Part shown: one piece after another, positions 62,961 to 64,000 of the stretch
Layout of the letters: every line of letters starts with the position of its first letter
Position numbering within the stretch: the stretch's first letter is position 1
Source: Candidatus Oxydemutatoraceae bacterium
GTDB lineage: Bacteria > Pseudomonadota > Gammaproteobacteria > Poriferisulfidales > Oxydemutatoraceae
Direction of reading: 5' to 3'
Length of the DNA: 64,000 bases
Assembly: GCA_965220085.1 (NCBI GenBank)
Contig: CBDCOZ010000003.1
Span: 1,321,683-1,385,682 of the forward strand
Translations under genes and position numbers: made by a program
Notes under the pieces: generated by a model
What the model saw: the letters and a program-made list of their open reading frames with translations, nothing else
Told to the model about the DNA's origin: nothing
Database searches by the model: none

Positions 62961-63136
62961 TGTAATCCTTCTAAAAAGTTATCCATTTTTTCGGGAATTA
63001 TATGCCTGTGTATGCAAAACAGCCTATCAGTCCGCAATCCTAAAATTGACTCCGGCCATTGCGCTGCTTTGCGCTCTGTTTCAAACATCTTATACAGTTC
63101 AAATAATCCGATTGTCTTTGCCTTTCTCTTTGCCAT
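62957..63136 (-). CDS. Small ORF A (59 aa), upstream partner of an ATGA-overlapping ORF pair
   Basis: MAKRKAKTIGLFELYKMFETERKAAQWPESILGLRTDRLFCIHRHIIPEKMDNFLEGLQ. AGGGG sits ~7 nt upstream of this ATG. The ORF track's longer version (to 63193) starts at a TTG. Its stop TGA overlaps the ATG of ORF B (caATGAaac). AT-rich context. Confidence 0.35.
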   Translation of the reverse strand: MAKRKAKTIGLFELYKMFETERKAAQWPESILGLRTDRLFCIHRHIIPEKMDNFLEGLQ

Positions 63137-63363
63137 CGAAATACCCCTATTCAATGGTCTGATTGCATACACAGGCATATATTCCCCGACCAATGACCAG
63201 TGTCAGGCAGACAGGTATTTGACCGACACATGAACCGTACGCGCTCCCCTCGCAGGGGGGTCGCTCGCACTCAGCGCAAAGGCCGAGTCGCAGGCGAAGG
63301 ACGGGTTGTCGGAGCTTGCAAGGAGAGTGGGGGCAAACTCCCGCCGGTTGAAGTGCAGGTATT

Positions 63364-63399
63364 TACTGCTTGGGCATGGCTTAGCTACTCCAAGCAGTA
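63364..63399 (-). other. 10-bp-stem hairpin (TACTGCTTGG ... CCAAGCAGTA) spanning the hsdR stop codon
   Basis: A perfect inverted repeat at 63364-63373 / 63390-63399 with a 16-nt loop that contains the TAA stop (63381-63383) of the hsdR fragment. An alternative pairing is GCTACT / AGTAGC. No U-tract follows, so it is not a canonical intrinsic terminator. Confidence 0.35.
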
Positions 63400-64000
63400 G
63401 CGACTAGTTCGGCTTGTTGTAGCACCATCTGCACGGCAGCGTCCTGCAGGTCGGGTGGGTAGCCATACTCGCCCAGAATGCGCTTGACCAATAGTCGCAT
63501 CTGCGCTCGTGCCGACTCGCGCTTAGCCCAGTCCACGCTGACATTCTTGCGCAGGGACTCCACCAGTTCATGGGCGATGACTAGTAATTGTTTGTTGCCC
63601 ATCACCTCCACGGCGCTCTCGTTTTCAGCCAGTGCGTCGTAGAAGGCAACTTCTTCTTCGGACAGCCCCTGCTCTTCGCCGCGCCGCTGCGCCTCGCGCA
63701 CTTCCTTCGCCAAGGCAATTAACTCCTGTAGCGTTTCCACCGTGCTGATGGCGTTGGAGTGATAGCGCGCCATAGCGTCTTTCAACCGTTCAGAAAAAGC
63801 CCGTGATTCCACCATATTTACCTTGCTGCGCGAGCGAATCTGACCGTCCAGCAAACGCCGCAGCGCTTCCAACGCCAGATTCTTCTGCTCCATCTCCTGT
63901 ATTTCCTGCAGGAACTCATCGGATAAGATTGAAATCTCCTGAGTATGCAAACCAGCCGCTGCCAAAATATCTACAATCCCGGTAGAGATAGTTGCCCGAC
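63381..64000 (-). CDS. hsdR: Type I restriction enzyme R subunit (HsdR), C-terminal domain; 5' part lies beyond the window end
   Basis: The translation ...FSERLKDAMARYHSNAISTVETLQELIALAKEVREAQRRGEEQGLSEEEVAFYDALAENESAVEVMGNKQLLVIAHELVESLRKNVSVDWAKRESARAQMRLLVKRILGEYGYPPDLQDAAVQMVLQQAELVA matches the conserved C-terminal (DUF3387-type) region of HsdR proteins. The reading frame stays open to position 64000. Confidence 0.8.
   Translation of the reverse strand, partial: RATISTGIVDILAAAGLHTQEISILSDEFLQEIQEMEQKNLALEALRRLLDGQIRSRSKVNMVESRAFSERLKDAMARYHSNAISTVETLQELIALAKEVREAQRRGEEQGLSEEEVAFYDALAENESAVEVMGNKQLLVIAHELVESLRKNVSVDWAKRESARAQMRLLVKRILGEYGYPPDLQDAAVQMVLQQAELVATAWSS

Noticed and set aside
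62957-63193. Possible IS1595-family transposase N-terminal zinc-ribbon fragment in small ORF A
   Set aside because: A superficial resemblance (...RTDRLFCIHRH) but the required Cys/His zinc-ligand pattern is absent. No DDE domain or inverted repeats nearby.

Overview
High-GC bacterial window (the organism uses Shine-Dalgarno sites, e.g. AAGGAGGA ahead of the PCD-like gene). It is dominated by two tandem, same-strand (minus) giant genes encoding paralogous multi-module secreted proteins of 6,024 aa (1523..19597) and 13,236 aa (23013..62723).

Both proteins start with a Sec-type signal peptide. They are then built from about 12 and about 27 divergent repeats of a ~450-500 aa module, respectively. 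Each module contains:
- a dockerin/EF-hand-like DxDxDGLIEI...DLDGDG Ca-binding motif;
- a Cys pair;
- a Gly-rich GLUG-like beta-helix segment with recurring GGL[IV]G / SYATG / VYATG motifs;
- a W/Y-rich YWD...WDFG...YPALKVDF...WQEFGYQLR segment;
- an FN3-like domain.

Both proteins end in cadherin-like repeats and share a conserved C-terminal tail, ...GIR[LI]RLR[LV]FLEGPLR, which I cannot assign to any known sorting signal.

Downstream of giant gene 1, apparently co-transcribed, are a PCD/DCoH-like gene and a secreted M23 peptidase gene.

Between the two giant genes lies a lower-GC island (~19.6-22.7 kb) carrying:
- an array of same-orientation DnaA boxes (TGTGGATAA), three perfect plus five or more near matches;
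- a 16-bp perfect palindrome;
- a tail-anchored coiled-coil protein gene built from 87-bp tandem repeats;
- a small coupled ORF;
- a frameshift-disrupted beta-class DNA methyltransferase with a DPPC motif.

Upstream of giant gene 2 an AT-rich stretch holds a pair of ATGA-overlapping 59-codon ORFs absent from the ORF track (toxin-antitoxin-like arrangement, unassigned). The window ends with the C-terminal part of a type I restriction HsdR gene.

The many long plus-strand ORFs across the giant genes are antisense artefacts of GC-rich repetitive coding DNA.
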